Assembly: GCA_013336225.1 (NCBI GenBank)
Contig: JAAXUC010000003.1
Location: forward strand, 9,564 to 73,563
Direction of reading: 5' to 3'
DNA length: 64,000 nt
DNA from: Candidatus Moraniibacteriota bacterium
GTDB taxonomy: Bacteria > Patescibacteriota > Minisyncoccia > Moranbacterales > GWC2-37-73
Under the pieces are notes generated by a model. The model was not told the DNA's origin, made no database searches, and was given only the letters and a program-made list of their open reading frames with translations. Positions within the stretch are counted from its first letter, which is position 1; every line of letters begins with the position of its first letter. Shown one piece after another: positions 9,401 through 17,973 of this stretch. A program made the position numbers and the translations under genes.

Positions 9401-11185
9401 GCTACCAAAGCTCAAATAGAAGTATTCACCAGTCCAACCTTGAGTGCTGACACCTTGGTGGCAACAACTCCGATTGAATCAGAATTTGCAGTGGTGCACA
9501 CCATTCATCTTTCTGGACTTACCAGTGGCACTCAATATTATCTCAAAATCACCGCCACTGATTCCTCAACCGCTGACAATGAGGGTCGAACCGGTGTTCT
9601 TGCTTATAGTGCTGATGGAATTCCAACTCTGTCTTTCTCCACTCTTGGCACTCTTAAAACCATCAGCAATATCGATGAATCAATCGTCACTGATTCCAAG
9701 GCTGTCATTACATTTGTCACCGACCAAGATGCTAAATGTTACATTGACTTTAAGGACTCGCTCAGTGCAACCTATAATGATCTCTCAGACAGTTTGGAAA
9801 AAGATTTCTATAAGAATCATTCCATCACACTGACGCAGCTTCTTTCCAAGACAGCCTATGACTACAAGATTTCTTGTATCGATAAAAATGATGTCACAGT
9901 GACAGCTGATGAACATCACTTCACAACAACTGAGAAAGGTTTAACTCAAGGTGATGTGGATGCTCAATCTGACAATACTGCTCCTGTGATCAGCAGTATT
10001 TCTCTGGACAAAGTGACAGGGGAAAGCGCCACCATCACTTGGAACACGGATGAGGCGGCGAATAGTCTTATCTTATATGAAGTTGAAGGCTCAGATTTTA
10101 CGATAGTGGCTGGCGATGCAATTGTGATTTCTGACATTAAGGAATATGCAACAACTCATTCAGTGGCCATCAATAATTTGATTCCTGCAACAAAATACAC
10201 CTTCATTTCAATGTCAACTGACACAGGCGGAAATATTGCGCAGTCTTCGCAATCATCATTCACAACCAAGCAACCATCTGGTCTTTCCTCGGTGAAAGTT
10301 GTTTCCAAAGCTCTTGGACAAGCCACAGTGACCTGGACAACAGGACAAGCGGTTTCATCCTTAGTGGAATATGGGCTAACCACGGGATATGGGGATAAAA
10401 AAGAGAGCAATACAAAAGTAAAAGAACATGAGATTACAATAACTGACCTTAAGGCTGGTGAAGAATATCATTTGCGCGTCAAAGGAACGAGTGACGCTGG
10501 TGAACTTTTTGCATCCTCCGACATTACTTTCCAGCCCAAGGCTCCTCCAAAAATTTCAGATTTCAAGATTGATGAAATTACAGAACACGGCGCAACTGTG
10601 AAATTCAACACCAATGTTCCAACTGATTCACTGATAACCTATACCGATGCTGATAAAGAAGAAAATTCAGGCTTTCAAGGAAAACCAGAAGTTGCAACCA
10701 AACATGAAATGCAACTCAAAAACATGGAAAGTGGAAGAACGTATGGAATTAAGTTGAAAGTTCGCGATGAAGAAGGCAATGAAACTGAAGAAACTTTCCA
10801 GAATTTCACCACTACTAAAGACGAGAAACCTCCAGTGATCGATCGCGTCAAAACTGATGCAGCCTTGACCCAAACTGACAAAGTTCAAGCCATCATCTCT
10901 TGGACCACTGATGAAATGTCCACCGGAGAAGTGATTTACAAAGAAGGAAAAACAGGAGACGAAAAGAAATTTGAAGTGAACAGTTCTCCAAGTTTCTCAC
11001 ACATCGGAGTCATCACCAGTTTCAAAGCTGGCGTCGTGTATTACTTCAAAGTCAAATCAATTGATCAGGCTGGCAACGTTGCCAATTCAACTGACTACGC
11101 TGTGCTTACTCCCAAGAAAAGACAAAACATCATTCAGGTCATCATTGGAAACTTCACCGACATCTTCGGTTGGGCTAAGTTTTAG
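3440..11185 (+). CDS. Giant (2581 aa) surface protein: signal/anchor, 6-bladed NHL-repeat beta-propeller, Gly-rich region, many Ig/Fn3-like domains
   Basis: Single uninterrupted ORF. The N-terminal hydrophobic segment is ISILVFLLCANMSSAA. There are six ~40-aa NHL-type repeats (…LYVSDSGNNRILKRSADGTTWT…), a Gly-rich block (GGGGGSGACVSS…) and repeated Big/Fn3-like modules. The C-terminal 600 aa is paralogous to CDS 1..1813. Confidence 0.85.
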   Translation: MNKVKMKKIAKQEFDSVKKKLFSLGIISILVFLLCANMSSAAVNSATYDSAIKSFAGVPSPTYETMSWVSSDGRQGDLLAGVNLIISGLSPTTMTPYGVAVDSINNLYVVDYGNNRILKRSEDGTTWTNITISGLALNSFNSPFAVATDSVDNLYVSDSGNNRILKRSADGTTWTEITISGLTPSTFSNPNGTALDSIGNLYVSDSGNNRILKRSADGTTWTDIVISGLTPSTFSNPRDVKIDSSGVLYVADTTNNRILRRSADGTTWTNITISGLTPSTFNLPYRVTVDSSDNLYVSDLNNNRILKRSADGATWTKITITELTPGTFSQPVGLAIDRKGALYVGDYGNGRVIKLYSGTSITMRVRTGNATMSNAAAWSSSCDVASSGANIGIENPCVRSGDQYVQYQAILSTDVGINTPSLSSVTIATQTTYAQSFLNLISSPFNTGNANNSVQKITWSASNDAGSDPAQGTVQFQLRTSPDNVTWGQWCGPTACDAAPGGGVSDFYTDKAGATAINVAQKDSNGDQWIQYATFLKSNDGTTTPTLSNVTMQYAYNVPPAITIDSNPANLKQTSTGTFQVPYTLSETYDDLGVIAHGTAAAPIKALLFYQPKNDVTLNGATPSGQSTTAVTKIWGVGGTDGNTAAGNYTFTVPAGVTNIRDIELAGGGGGSGACVSSVLGGDGGASTLTYASLSRGVASGGTGSGYDGSVDACTTGNDSTATNIIGGVNTAGAGANGSTLGGGKGGLISGGSLAVTPGSQVNLIVGAGGIAATGGTAGNMGWIKITYDVTSEGAQTTGLVSINNPSNVPIPSTGSMLIDNELMTFDSVGATGNQRNITGRAATFATSYSTTAVSHTTSSPIFFATSASIQTIDTLIETDTPGAQATINNTFIWDPRADATNNLSGNKLDGALFKVVANDADASNFNTIGQSATTGAQTIDLQAPTITSITTDEAHTATGANILYLNKNSAQIPLTVNFSENISFDATGGKTITLTLNSGTCTIAESILNSNVATCQYAIGADEETPVGEKLKLAAPFVAASTAITDGFANTLTNFTPAANLDAATNIVIDNIAPTANDLTDIITKDQFTSANLNAQDSDGSGIASYAWSKVSGPGTITFGSSTASETTISANTDGPYVLQVVITDNSGNAITKTLNLIWDTTNPANISKPNVPSLTNDNTPNITWDQFTDANGLEKYEVQRKTDTVGDNFATIQTITDTATLETANPTFTESTLADDTYFYQIIATDKAGNVQTSPASDAMTVDTIAPTLLYFYSTSPDSTVLDPTASGNINLVAVYDEAVNTGNVQVRVGPMSATVNVTLDQVLETTKLQGSFTIGAPRTGYDTTPDPLKIEQILAQSVSDQAGNVQAQTLATIEDNMNLVARGNSIIIDTTPPILNSFTIENNSVTAFKQQNNAFTLVANYNKTIQAGGNLKVKLNTGSSSPEITLTNSAAGKKLTASYSVQADENANDLKVEAVLEQNVLDGKGAPANYIGNILDGTYAANAGDPVINLAGFQVDTAAPTLGATPIAIQNSNGKTSDSTPTITLSATDNFNLSKAIFSLNSGTAWCAPISYGTAINTFDITSIACGGSATNGIKTVTVKFVDAAGNESAASAASVEFDDSKPQLQTITTDTITGIYGPGTVIKIIATYDEAITSGSLSLILNNGKQLNLSTIENGNTLTATYTVGDLLEDTNKLKVATIVSQSVADTSEPVNTQDSTSLAGITENLDTNKTVEIDTTAPAATVTVDRSKDNNQIHLDATDKNSANMQAEILVLESETGTCSFTNNWISYADNVDTTLIENTASSRKVCARFKDELGNVSNEIAVIIPETPSGVQIDDISNSEIPFYGSMLTWSIPTIKGTNNGSGDAFAQYEIAKCGPSESEECTPDFAQFTSITDISRNYFVSDNLTAEKFYCYQMRFKDMHGDYSKLSKNTCFQAGHAPAVTDSQVSIISGNPDDIQIGNVTEQGATVFFQTKDSKYNRPIATKAQIEVFTSPTLSADTLVATTPIESEFAVVHTIHLSGLTSGTQYYLKITATDSSTADNEGRTGVLAYSADGIPTLSFSTLGTLKTISNIDESIVTDSKAVITFVTDQDAKCYIDFKDSLSATYNDLSDSLEKDFYKNHSITLTQLLSKTAYDYKISCIDKNDVTVTADEHHFTTTEKGLTQGDVDAQSDNTAPVISSISLDKVTGESATITWNTDEAANSLILYEVEGSDFTIVAGDAIVISDIKEYATTHSVAINNLIPATKYTFISMSTDTGGNIAQSSQSSFTTKQPSGLSSVKVVSKALGQATVTWTTGQAVSSLVEYGLTTGYGDKKESNTKVKEHEITITDLKAGEEYHLRVKGTSDAGELFASSDITFQPKAPPKISDFKIDEITEHGATVKFNTNVPTDSLITYTDADKEENSGFQGKPEVATKHEMQLKNMESGRTYGIKLKVRDEEGNETEETFQNFTTTKDEKPPVIDRVKTDAALTQTDKVQAIISWTTDEMSTGEVIYKEGKTGDEKKFEVNSSPSFSHIGVITSFKAGVVYYFKVKSIDQAGNVANSTDYAVLTPKKRQNIIQVIIGNFTDIFGWAKF
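3725..4505 (+). repeat. Six ~120-bp direct nucleotide repeats inside the CDS, encoding the NHL blades
   Basis: Segments such as caataatagaattttaaagcgtagtgcggatggcacaacctggac recur with ~120-bp period. Confidence 0.7.
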
Positions 11186-11340
11186 AACTTAGCTCGGACA
11201 AATCAAAGGGGATCGGGGAAAAGAATTTTCCCCGTGGAAGGAAAGTTTTGAAAACCGTGGGTTTTCAAGGAGCGAAGCGACTTGGTTGCGGCAAATTCTA
11301 AAATTTCGTCCAAACGAAAGGAAAGGGGTCGGGGAAGTGC
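11186..11340. repeat. Copy (1.3 units) of the ~115-bp repeat that also follows giant gene 1
   Basis: aacttagctcggacaaatcaaaggggatcggggaaaagaattttccccgtgg…gcggcaaattctaaaatttcgtccaaacgaaaggaaaggggtcgggg; ~95% identical to 1927..2080. Confidence 0.8.
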
Positions 11341-11344
11341 AATC

Positions 11345-11375
11345 TTGCTGCAGTATTGATATTTTGTGATATAAT
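11345..11375 (+). promoter_or_regulatory. Putative sigma70-type promoter with extended -10 (tgaTATAAT) for the REC gene
   Basis: ttgctg …19 nt… tgatataat, ~35 bp upstream of ATG 11410. Confidence 0.3.
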
Positions 11376-11409
11376 GGAGTTAACGATAAAATAGTAATAA
11401 AAAAATAAT

Positions 11410-11826
11410 ATGACTGACAATAAAAAAACAGTGCTCATCGCAGAAGATGAAGATGATTTGCGAGAAATGTATACCATGGCTTTGACTGGTAAAGGTTATG
11501 AAGTTCTGCAAGCTATAAATGGTGTGGAAGCTTTGGATTGGCTCGAGAAGAGCTACACCCAAATAGATTTAATTCTTTTGGATATCGTAATGCCGGGTAT
11601 GGATGGCTTTGAAACTTTGGGAAAAATCAAGAAGCAAGAGAATTACGCTCATATCCCCGTGCTTGTTTCAACCAATCTGGACAATGACGAAGATCGTGCT
11701 CAAGCTTTAGGTATGGGCGCCAAGGATTACTTTGTCAAATCTCAACATACTCCCTCAGAATTGGTGGAAAAGGTGAATGATGTGTTGAAAATAGAGGCAG
11801 AAGAAATTGCCAGAAAACTTATATAA
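11410..11826 (+). CDS. Stand-alone response-regulator receiver (CheY-like REC) protein
   Basis: 138 aa. It has DED near the N-terminus and the conserved phospho-acceptor context LLDIVMPGMDG. There is no output domain. Confidence 0.8.
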   Translation: MTDNKKTVLIAEDEDDLREMYTMALTGKGYEVLQAINGVEALDWLEKSYTQIDLILLDIVMPGMDGFETLGKIKKQENYAHIPVLVSTNLDNDEDRAQALGMGAKDYFVKSQHTPSELVEKVNDVLKIEAEEIARKLI

Positions 11827-11828
11827 AA

Positions 11829-12004
11829 GGGTATTAATACCCCAGGGCAAGCCCTGGACCCTTTGGGCTCACGAGGCAAGACACGTCGCTCGCGAGCGAA
11901 CATGTCAAGCCTCGAGGTATTAAACCTTTTGGTATCGTCGCTCACCGCCAGCTGGCGGACGGAAATGATTGTCTGCTGACAAATCATTTCGCTCGTTTCG
12001 CTAG
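11829..12004 (+). other. GC-rich multi-hairpin intergenic element (possible structured ncRNA or stability element)
   Basis: Consecutive hairpins: gggtattaataccc, cagggcaagccctgg, gtcgctcgcgagcgaac, ccgccagctggcgg, gaaatgattgtctgctgacaaatcatttc. GC is much higher than in the flanks. Confidence 0.3.
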
Positions 12005-12034
12005 ATAATAAAAAATATCTTTAGCAGTATTTGC

Positions 12035-12066
12035 AAAAAACGTTCACAATGAACGTTTTTTGTTTT
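12035..12066 (+). terminator. Rho-independent terminator
   Basis: aaaaaacgttcacaatgaacgttttttgtttt. Confidence 0.7.
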
Positions 12067-12151
12067 ATCGATTGACTAAAAAGGCAAATAGCTGTAAAGT
12101 ATAGGATGCACGATAAGATTCTTTTAGGGCTAGAAATAGCCAAAAATTCCT

Positions 12152-13471
12152 ATGAAAAGCACGAAAAAAATTGAAAATAAAGTGGAACTGCTCGCGCCGG
12201 CTGGCAGTCCTGAGAAGCTTAAGTATGCCATCAAATATGGAGCTGATGCTGTCTATTGCGGAGTGCCGGATGTTTCAATGCGCGCCCGCGTCAACACTTT
12301 TTCAGAAAAAGACATCTTAGAGGCAGCTGAATATGTGCACAGTGTTGGCAAGAAAATTTATGTGACTTTGAATATTTATGCCCACAACTACCACTTGCCA
12401 AAAATCGAAGCGCATTTGAAATTTTTGAAAAAGGCAAATATCGACGCTGTCATCGTGGCTGATCCCGGCGTGATTGCGTTGGTCAAAAAACATTTGCCAA
12501 AAGTGGCAATCCATCTTAGTACTCAAGCGAATGTGACCAATTGGCAAGCAGCAAAATTTTGGCACGACCTGGGAATCGTGCGCATTGTGTTGGCTCGCGA
12601 AGTCACCTTGGCAGATATTTTGGAAATACGAAAGCATGTGCCCAAACTGGAATTGGAATATTTTGTGCATGGAGCAATGTGCATGAGCTATTCTGGACGC
12701 TGCATTTTGAGTAAATGGATGAGTGGCAAAAGCGCAAACTTGGGAGACTGCACGCAACCATGCAGATGGGGCTATAAAGCAATAGAAAATGTACAAAACA
12801 CAAAAGACAATAAAGGTGGATTGCAAAATGTAGGAGAATGCAAAACCATGGAAGTTGAGGAAGTTCAGAGTGGACGACCAGTTTTGCTGGAAGAGGATTC
12901 ACATGGGACATATTTTTTTAATAGTAAGGATTTGAATCTCTTGGCGCATTTGCAGGAACTTAGAAATGCGGGCGTGACGTCGTTTAAAATTGAGGGGCGC
13001 AATAAGAGCGTGTTCTATGTGGCCAACGTCTGCAGGGCCTATAGGAGCGTACTGGACGCTATTGAGGGTGAAAAAACAGCTCAAGCGATCAGTAAAATTG
13101 AAAAATTGGCAGCCAAAAACCTTGAAAAATTGGCAAATCGTGGCTACACCAAAGGATTTTTGCTGGGAAATGAACCAGAACATGGATTTGGCGGGCAACA
13201 ATCCAATGGAGAATTTCAATTTGTGGGTGAAATTTTGGCCAGTGATGGTAAGGAATTGACTGCTAAAATTCACAATGTGGTGAAGCCTGGCGACACTCTG
13301 GAAATCATCACAAAAGAAAAAAACATTGCAGTTAAGATTGGTGCCATCTATAATAAAGATAGGGAAGAAGTTGTTTCAGCTCATGGCGGACATAAGGATA
13401 TTTATTATATCAAAATTGATAAAAATAATATTGAGCCATATTCATTGTTAATGAAAATAATTAATAAATAA
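12152..13471 (+). CDS. Peptidase U32 family protein (collagenase-like; RlhA/PrtC family)
   Basis: The N-terminal VELLAPAGSPEKLKYAIKYGADAVYCG… and overall 439-aa architecture are typical of U32. Confidence 0.8.
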   Translation: MKSTKKIENKVELLAPAGSPEKLKYAIKYGADAVYCGVPDVSMRARVNTFSEKDILEAAEYVHSVGKKIYVTLNIYAHNYHLPKIEAHLKFLKKANIDAVIVADPGVIALVKKHLPKVAIHLSTQANVTNWQAAKFWHDLGIVRIVLAREVTLADILEIRKHVPKLELEYFVHGAMCMSYSGRCILSKWMSGKSANLGDCTQPCRWGYKAIENVQNTKDNKGGLQNVGECKTMEVEEVQSGRPVLLEEDSHGTYFFNSKDLNLLAHLQELRNAGVTSFKIEGRNKSVFYVANVCRAYRSVLDAIEGEKTAQAISKIEKLAAKNLEKLANRGYTKGFLLGNEPEHGFGGQQSNGEFQFVGEILASDGKELTAKIHNVVKPGDTLEIITKEKNIAVKIGAIYNKDREEVVSAHGGHKDIYYIKIDKNNIEPYSLLMKIINK

Positions 13472-13489
13472 GTAATTTTTAATAAAGTT

Positions 13490-14473
13490 ATGAATATTCA
13501 AGAAATTTATAAATTAGCAATAGAGATGGGAATTAAAGCTGATTTTCGTTCGAAAGAAAAAATTGAAAAACTTTTGAAACGTGAGCAAGAAAAATATGCT
13601 GAACTTTCTAAAACAAAGAAGGAAATTTTTGATCAAGAAAAATTGACGAATCCATATTCTGATTCCAAGATTCATTTTGCTGGCGGCGCAAAAAATATCA
13701 AGAAGATTATGGCAGGAATTGATATTGATACTTCAGAATTAATGATGGCCAGATATCTTTCAAATCACAATCCAAAGCCATTTGATTTGGTGCTAGGACA
13801 TCATCCCGAAGGAAAAGCTTTGGCTGATTTGTCAGATGTCATGCATTTGCAAGCTGATTTGCTTAGTCAATATGGCGTGCCAATCAACATTGCTGAAAGC
13901 TTGATGAAAACAAGGATTGGCGAAGTTAGTCGTGGGGTGAGCGCCTCCAATCATTTTAAGGAGGTTGATGCTGCTCGTTTGCTTGAAATGAACTTCATGA
14001 ATGTGCATACCCCTTGCGACAATTTGGTGGCGAGATTTGTGGAAGCTAAATTAAACAAAGATAAGCCTGAAACAGTGGGTGATATTTTGAAATCACTCTT
14101 GGAAATTCCTGAATACAAAGAAGGAGCCAAGCGCGGCGCTGGACCACGCTTGTTCACTGGTAGTGAGGAAAATAGTGTAGGGAGGATTGCCTTTTCGGAA
14201 ATAACTGGGGGAACCTCTGGCAGCGCAAAGATGTATGAAAAGATGTCACAAGCAGGCATTGGCACCATTATCTCCATGCATCAAAGCGAAGAACATCGTA
14301 AAGAGGCAGAGGCTGCCCATATCAACGTGGTTATCGCAGGGCACATTTCTTCAGACTCAATCGGTATGAATTTATTTCTGGATGAGCTGGAAAAGAAGGG
14401 AATTGAAATCGTGCCATGTAGTGGTCTGATAAGGGTTAGTAGAGTTAAGAAGGAAAAAGCTATCAGAAAATAA
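13490..14473 (+). CDS. Hypothetical protein, possibly NIF3 (DUF34)-like dinuclear-metal protein
   Basis: LVLGHHPEG and NFMNVHTPCDNL resemble the NIF3 HHP / HTNLD motifs. The assignment is tentative. Confidence 0.45.
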   Translation: MNIQEIYKLAIEMGIKADFRSKEKIEKLLKREQEKYAELSKTKKEIFDQEKLTNPYSDSKIHFAGGAKNIKKIMAGIDIDTSELMMARYLSNHNPKPFDLVLGHHPEGKALADLSDVMHLQADLLSQYGVPINIAESLMKTRIGEVSRGVSASNHFKEVDAARLLEMNFMNVHTPCDNLVARFVEAKLNKDKPETVGDILKSLLEIPEYKEGAKRGAGPRLFTGSEENSVGRIAFSEITGGTSGSAKMYEKMSQAGIGTIISMHQSEEHRKEAEAAHINVVIAGHISSDSIGMNLFLDELEKKGIEIVPCSGLIRVSRVKKEKAIRK

Positions 14474-14502
14474 TATTATTATTTTTACTTATTAAGCTGT
14501 AT

Positions 14503-14612
14503 AATTTCGAATTCTGAATTTCGAATTTCGAATCAAGCTTGAATGATTGAATGTTTAAAAAATTAAAACATTAAAAATTCATTCAAAATTCAAAATTGGA
14601 AATTTAAAATTA
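14503..14612. repeat. AT-rich imperfect palindromic element built from heptamer repeats (gaatttc x3 … aattcaaaattcaaaatt); family X copy 1
   Basis: Near-identical copy at 61488..61595 and a degenerate copy at 40020..40078. Confidence 0.7.
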
Positions 14613-14620
14613 ATTTACTC

Positions 14621-15889
14621 ATGATTTATAAAAAAACAACTTTAAAAAATGGTTTGCGAATTTTGACCATTCCAGTCAAGGGAACGCAAACAGCGACAGT
14701 GATGTTGATGGTTGGAGTTGGTTCTCGTTATGAATCAGAAAAACAAGCTGGCCTTTCGCATTTCATTGAGCACATGCTTTTCAAAGGCACGGTCAAACGC
14801 CCAACTGCGCAATCAATTTCTGAGGAACTTGATGCGATTGGCGGTGAGTTCAATGCTTTCACTGCTAAAGATAAAACAGCATATTATGCCAAAGTTGATT
14901 CAAAGCATATTGAAAAAGCACTTGACGTGGTGTCTGACATTTTTCTCAATTCAAAATTGGAGCAAGCAGAAATCAACAGAGAACGAGGACCAATTTTACA
15001 GGAGCTTAGCATGTATGAAGATGAACCGCGCAGAAGTGTGGGGGATGAATTTGAAAAAATGCTATATGTCGATCAGCCAATCGGGCGCGGAATTGTGGGC
15101 TACAAAAAAACCATTTCAGAATTTAAGCGCAAAGATTTCGTGGCTTATATGAAAAAACATTATAACGCCAATGAAACAGTGGTTTGCGTGGCAGGAAAAT
15201 TCAAGGAGGATGAAATTTTGTCACAAATAAAATCATATTTCCTGGCCTTTCCAACTGGCGCAAAAGCGCAAATGAAAAAAGTTGTTGAAAAACAAGCAAT
15301 TCCTGCTGTGCATCTTAAGTTTAAAAAAACAGACCAGACGCATTTCATTTTAGGCAATCGCGCCTATCATCAAGATCACAAAGATCGCTATGTCTTGGCT
15401 TTGCTTTCAATTATTCTGGGTGGAAATATGAGCAGTCGTTTGTTTATTGAAATTCGCGAACGCAGAGGTTTGGCATATTTTGTGCATACCAGTGTGGACA
15501 CCTATCAAGATTGCGGATATATCGCAACTCAAGCTGGCGTCGAGCATAACAAGATTGAGCAGGCAATCACTGCTGTTTTGGCTGAATATAAAAAAGTTAC
15601 CACTGAAAAAGTGGGGGAGAAGGAATTGCAAAAAGCCAAGGATTATGTGAAAGGGCGCGCTGTGATGGGATTGGAAGCTTCCGATGATGTGGCGATGTTT
15701 TTCATTGATCAAGAAATGCACAAAGAAAAAATCATGACCCCCAAAGAAGTTTTTGCTAAAATAGATGCAGTGACGGTGGATGACATTTTGCGCGTGGGCA
15801 AAGATGTTTTTCAAAATAGTAAATTGAATTTGGCAATCGTAGGACCACATAAAAACAATAAAAAGCTCCAAGCTCTTTTGAAGATTTAA
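14621..15889 (+). CDS. M16 family zinc metallopeptidase (insulinase-like)
   Basis: HxxEH motif (HFIEHMLFKGT), 422 aa. Confidence 0.85.
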   Translation: MIYKKTTLKNGLRILTIPVKGTQTATVMLMVGVGSRYESEKQAGLSHFIEHMLFKGTVKRPTAQSISEELDAIGGEFNAFTAKDKTAYYAKVDSKHIEKALDVVSDIFLNSKLEQAEINRERGPILQELSMYEDEPRRSVGDEFEKMLYVDQPIGRGIVGYKKTISEFKRKDFVAYMKKHYNANETVVCVAGKFKEDEILSQIKSYFLAFPTGAKAQMKKVVEKQAIPAVHLKFKKTDQTHFILGNRAYHQDHKDRYVLALLSIILGGNMSSRLFIEIRERRGLAYFVHTSVDTYQDCGYIATQAGVEHNKIEQAITAVLAEYKKVTTEKVGEKELQKAKDYVKGRAVMGLEASDDVAMFFIDQEMHKEKIMTPKEVFAKIDAVTVDDILRVGKDVFQNSKLNLAIVGPHKNNKKLQALLKI

Positions 15890-15910
15890 ATCTTAAAGGC
15901 GTCTAATATC

Positions 15911-16939
15911 ATGGAAAAACCACACATAGAAATCTCGACAGGATTTATCGTAAAGACAATTTCTATTATCCTAGGATTATGGTTTTTGTATTTGGTTCGT
16001 GATGTTGTGGCACTGTTTTTCTTGTCCATTATTTTGACTGCCACACTTGGACCAGCCATCGATTGGATGGCAAAACGCAGGATTCCAAGATCATTGGGTG
16101 TGATTGTGATTTATTTGGCGTTGATTCTGATGGTTGGTGTACTGATTTCATTTTTGATTCCACCGTTGGTGAGTCAATTTGCAAGTTTTTCACAAAATCT
16201 TCCAGCTTATAATGAATCTTTTGCCAAAACATTCAGTGGCGTTGAACAGTACGCTCTTTCCTACGGAATTGCCTTCAACAGTCATGAATTTTTTCAAAAC
16301 ATCACTGGCAATTTCTTTCAATCTTCTGGCCAGCTTTTTTCTACCACAGTTGGAGTTTTTTCATTCTTTATTTCGATCTTGGTCATTTTGGCACTCACTT
16401 TTTACATGTCAGTGAAAGAGGATGGCATGAATAAATTTTTGGTTTCAATCACACCGCTGGCGCACCGAAAATATGTTGTTTCACTTGCCAATAGAATCAA
16501 AAGCAAAATTGGGAAATGGATGGTGGGGCAGATAATTTTGATGCTGATAATATTTGTGCTTGATTTCATTGCACTTTCCATTTTCAATGTACCATATGCG
16601 CTTATCTTGGCACTGCTGGCAGGCTTACTGGAAATTGTGCCATATCTTGGTCCAATCATTTCAGCCACTTTGGCTTCGATTGTGGGTTTCTTGATTTCTC
16701 CTGCTACGGGAATTATTGTGCTTGGCGTGCTGACAATCATTCAGCAGATGGAAAGTCACATCATCGTGCCACAGGTCATGAAGAAAGCAGTCGGTCTCAA
16801 TCCGGTGGTGGTGATTTTGGTGCTGTTGATTGGAGCCCAATTGGGCGGTGTGCTGGGTGCAATTTTGGCAGTGCCAATTGCAACTTCGCTCAGTGTCTTC
16901 ATTGGAGATTTGGTTGATAAGAACGAAAGTTATGTCTGA
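15911..16939 (+). CDS. AI-2E family (PerM/UPF0118) membrane transporter
   Basis: 342 aa, ~8 predicted TM helices, with the organisation typical of the family. Confidence 0.7.
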   Translation: MEKPHIEISTGFIVKTISIILGLWFLYLVRDVVALFFLSIILTATLGPAIDWMAKRRIPRSLGVIVIYLALILMVGVLISFLIPPLVSQFASFSQNLPAYNESFAKTFSGVEQYALSYGIAFNSHEFFQNITGNFFQSSGQLFSTTVGVFSFFISILVILALTFYMSVKEDGMNKFLVSITPLAHRKYVVSLANRIKSKIGKWMVGQIILMLIIFVLDFIALSIFNVPYALILALLAGLLEIVPYLGPIISATLASIVGFLISPATGIIVLGVLTIIQQMESHIIVPQVMKKAVGLNPVVVILVLLIGAQLGGVLGAILAVPIATSLSVFIGDLVDKNESYV

Positions 16940-17867
16940 TAAATTAAATAAAAATATTTTAGCGACAGTCATTTATTATGACGGACTCAGTTATCCATTG
17001 ACTGCTTTTGAGGTGTGGAAATATTTGATTCGGACAGATTATTTCACGCCAAGAGCTGAAGCCATAAATGTGACATTGCAGGAAATATCGGAAAAACTAC
17101 AAGATAAGAATTTGAATAAATTCATCGAACATTATAACGGCTTTTATTTCTTGAAGGGTCGAAAAGATTTGGTGGAAAAAAGAATTGCCAATAATAAACT
17201 TTCGACTGGAAAAATAAAGAAACTGAGGAGTATTGTGTGGTGGCTGCGACTTTTGCCGTTCGTGAGGATGGTTGGTGTCACTGGCGGCCTTGCCATGAAA
17301 AATGCGCGAGTTTCCAGTGATTGGGATCTTTTTATTGTGCTTAAATATGGAAAAATCTGGACAGGCAGAACGATTATAACTGGAGTAGTTCATTTCCTGA
17401 AAAAGAGGCGTCATGGAAAATATATTTCTGACCGAGTTTGTCTCAATTTTTTCGTGACTGATCAGTCATTGGAAGTTATCACGAAAGATCTTTTTTCGGC
17501 CAATGAGTATATGTTTTTGTTTCCGCTCTATGGTTGGGAGTTATATACAAAATTTCAAATAAAAAATCAATGGATCAAGAACATGAAGCCGACCTATGCA
17601 TTAGGTGAACTTACCCCGCTCATGACAATAGCCGATTCAGCCGCATCTCTAAGAATCAGGAATTTCTTGGAGTTATTGCTGAAGTCTAATTGGTTGGAGG
17701 ACTCGCTTAGGAGCATTGAGAAAAAGCGCATCATGAAAAATCCTAAGACGCATCAGGATGGAAGCTTGGTTTATGCTAATGACGACGCGCTGGTTTTTTT
17801 GCCCAATCCGCATGGTCCAGCTGTTTTTGAAAAATTCAAGATAAAAATCGAAGAATTGACTGCTTGA
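16933..17867 (+). CDS. Hypothetical protein with a minimal nucleotidyltransferase-like motif
   Basis: The ATG at 16933 overlaps the upstream stop (atgtctga). GVTGGLAMKNARVSSDWDLFIVL resembles the GS…D.D Pol-beta NTase motif. The longer ORF from 16830 is probably a spurious extension. Confidence 0.45.
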
Positions 17868-17973
17868 TATTTTGCTTCACAGAAGCCAAAATAGCTGAAA
17901 AAACCTTGACTTTCTGGGTCATATTTGATAGATTTAAAAATGTAGGAGGATCGTAATCATTCAAGATATATAG

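Noticed and set aside
3772-10888. Numerous 60–150-aa antisense or alternative-frame ORFs inside the 2581-aa gene (e.g. 3772..4236 -, 8159..8557 -)
   Set aside because: They lie entirely within a long, repeat-rich CDS. Their repetitive 'protein' sequences mirror the NHL repeats and are frame artefacts.
14712-15152. 146-aa ORF in an alternative frame inside the M16 peptidase gene
   Set aside because: It is fully embedded in a conserved peptidase CDS on the same strand. No independent support.
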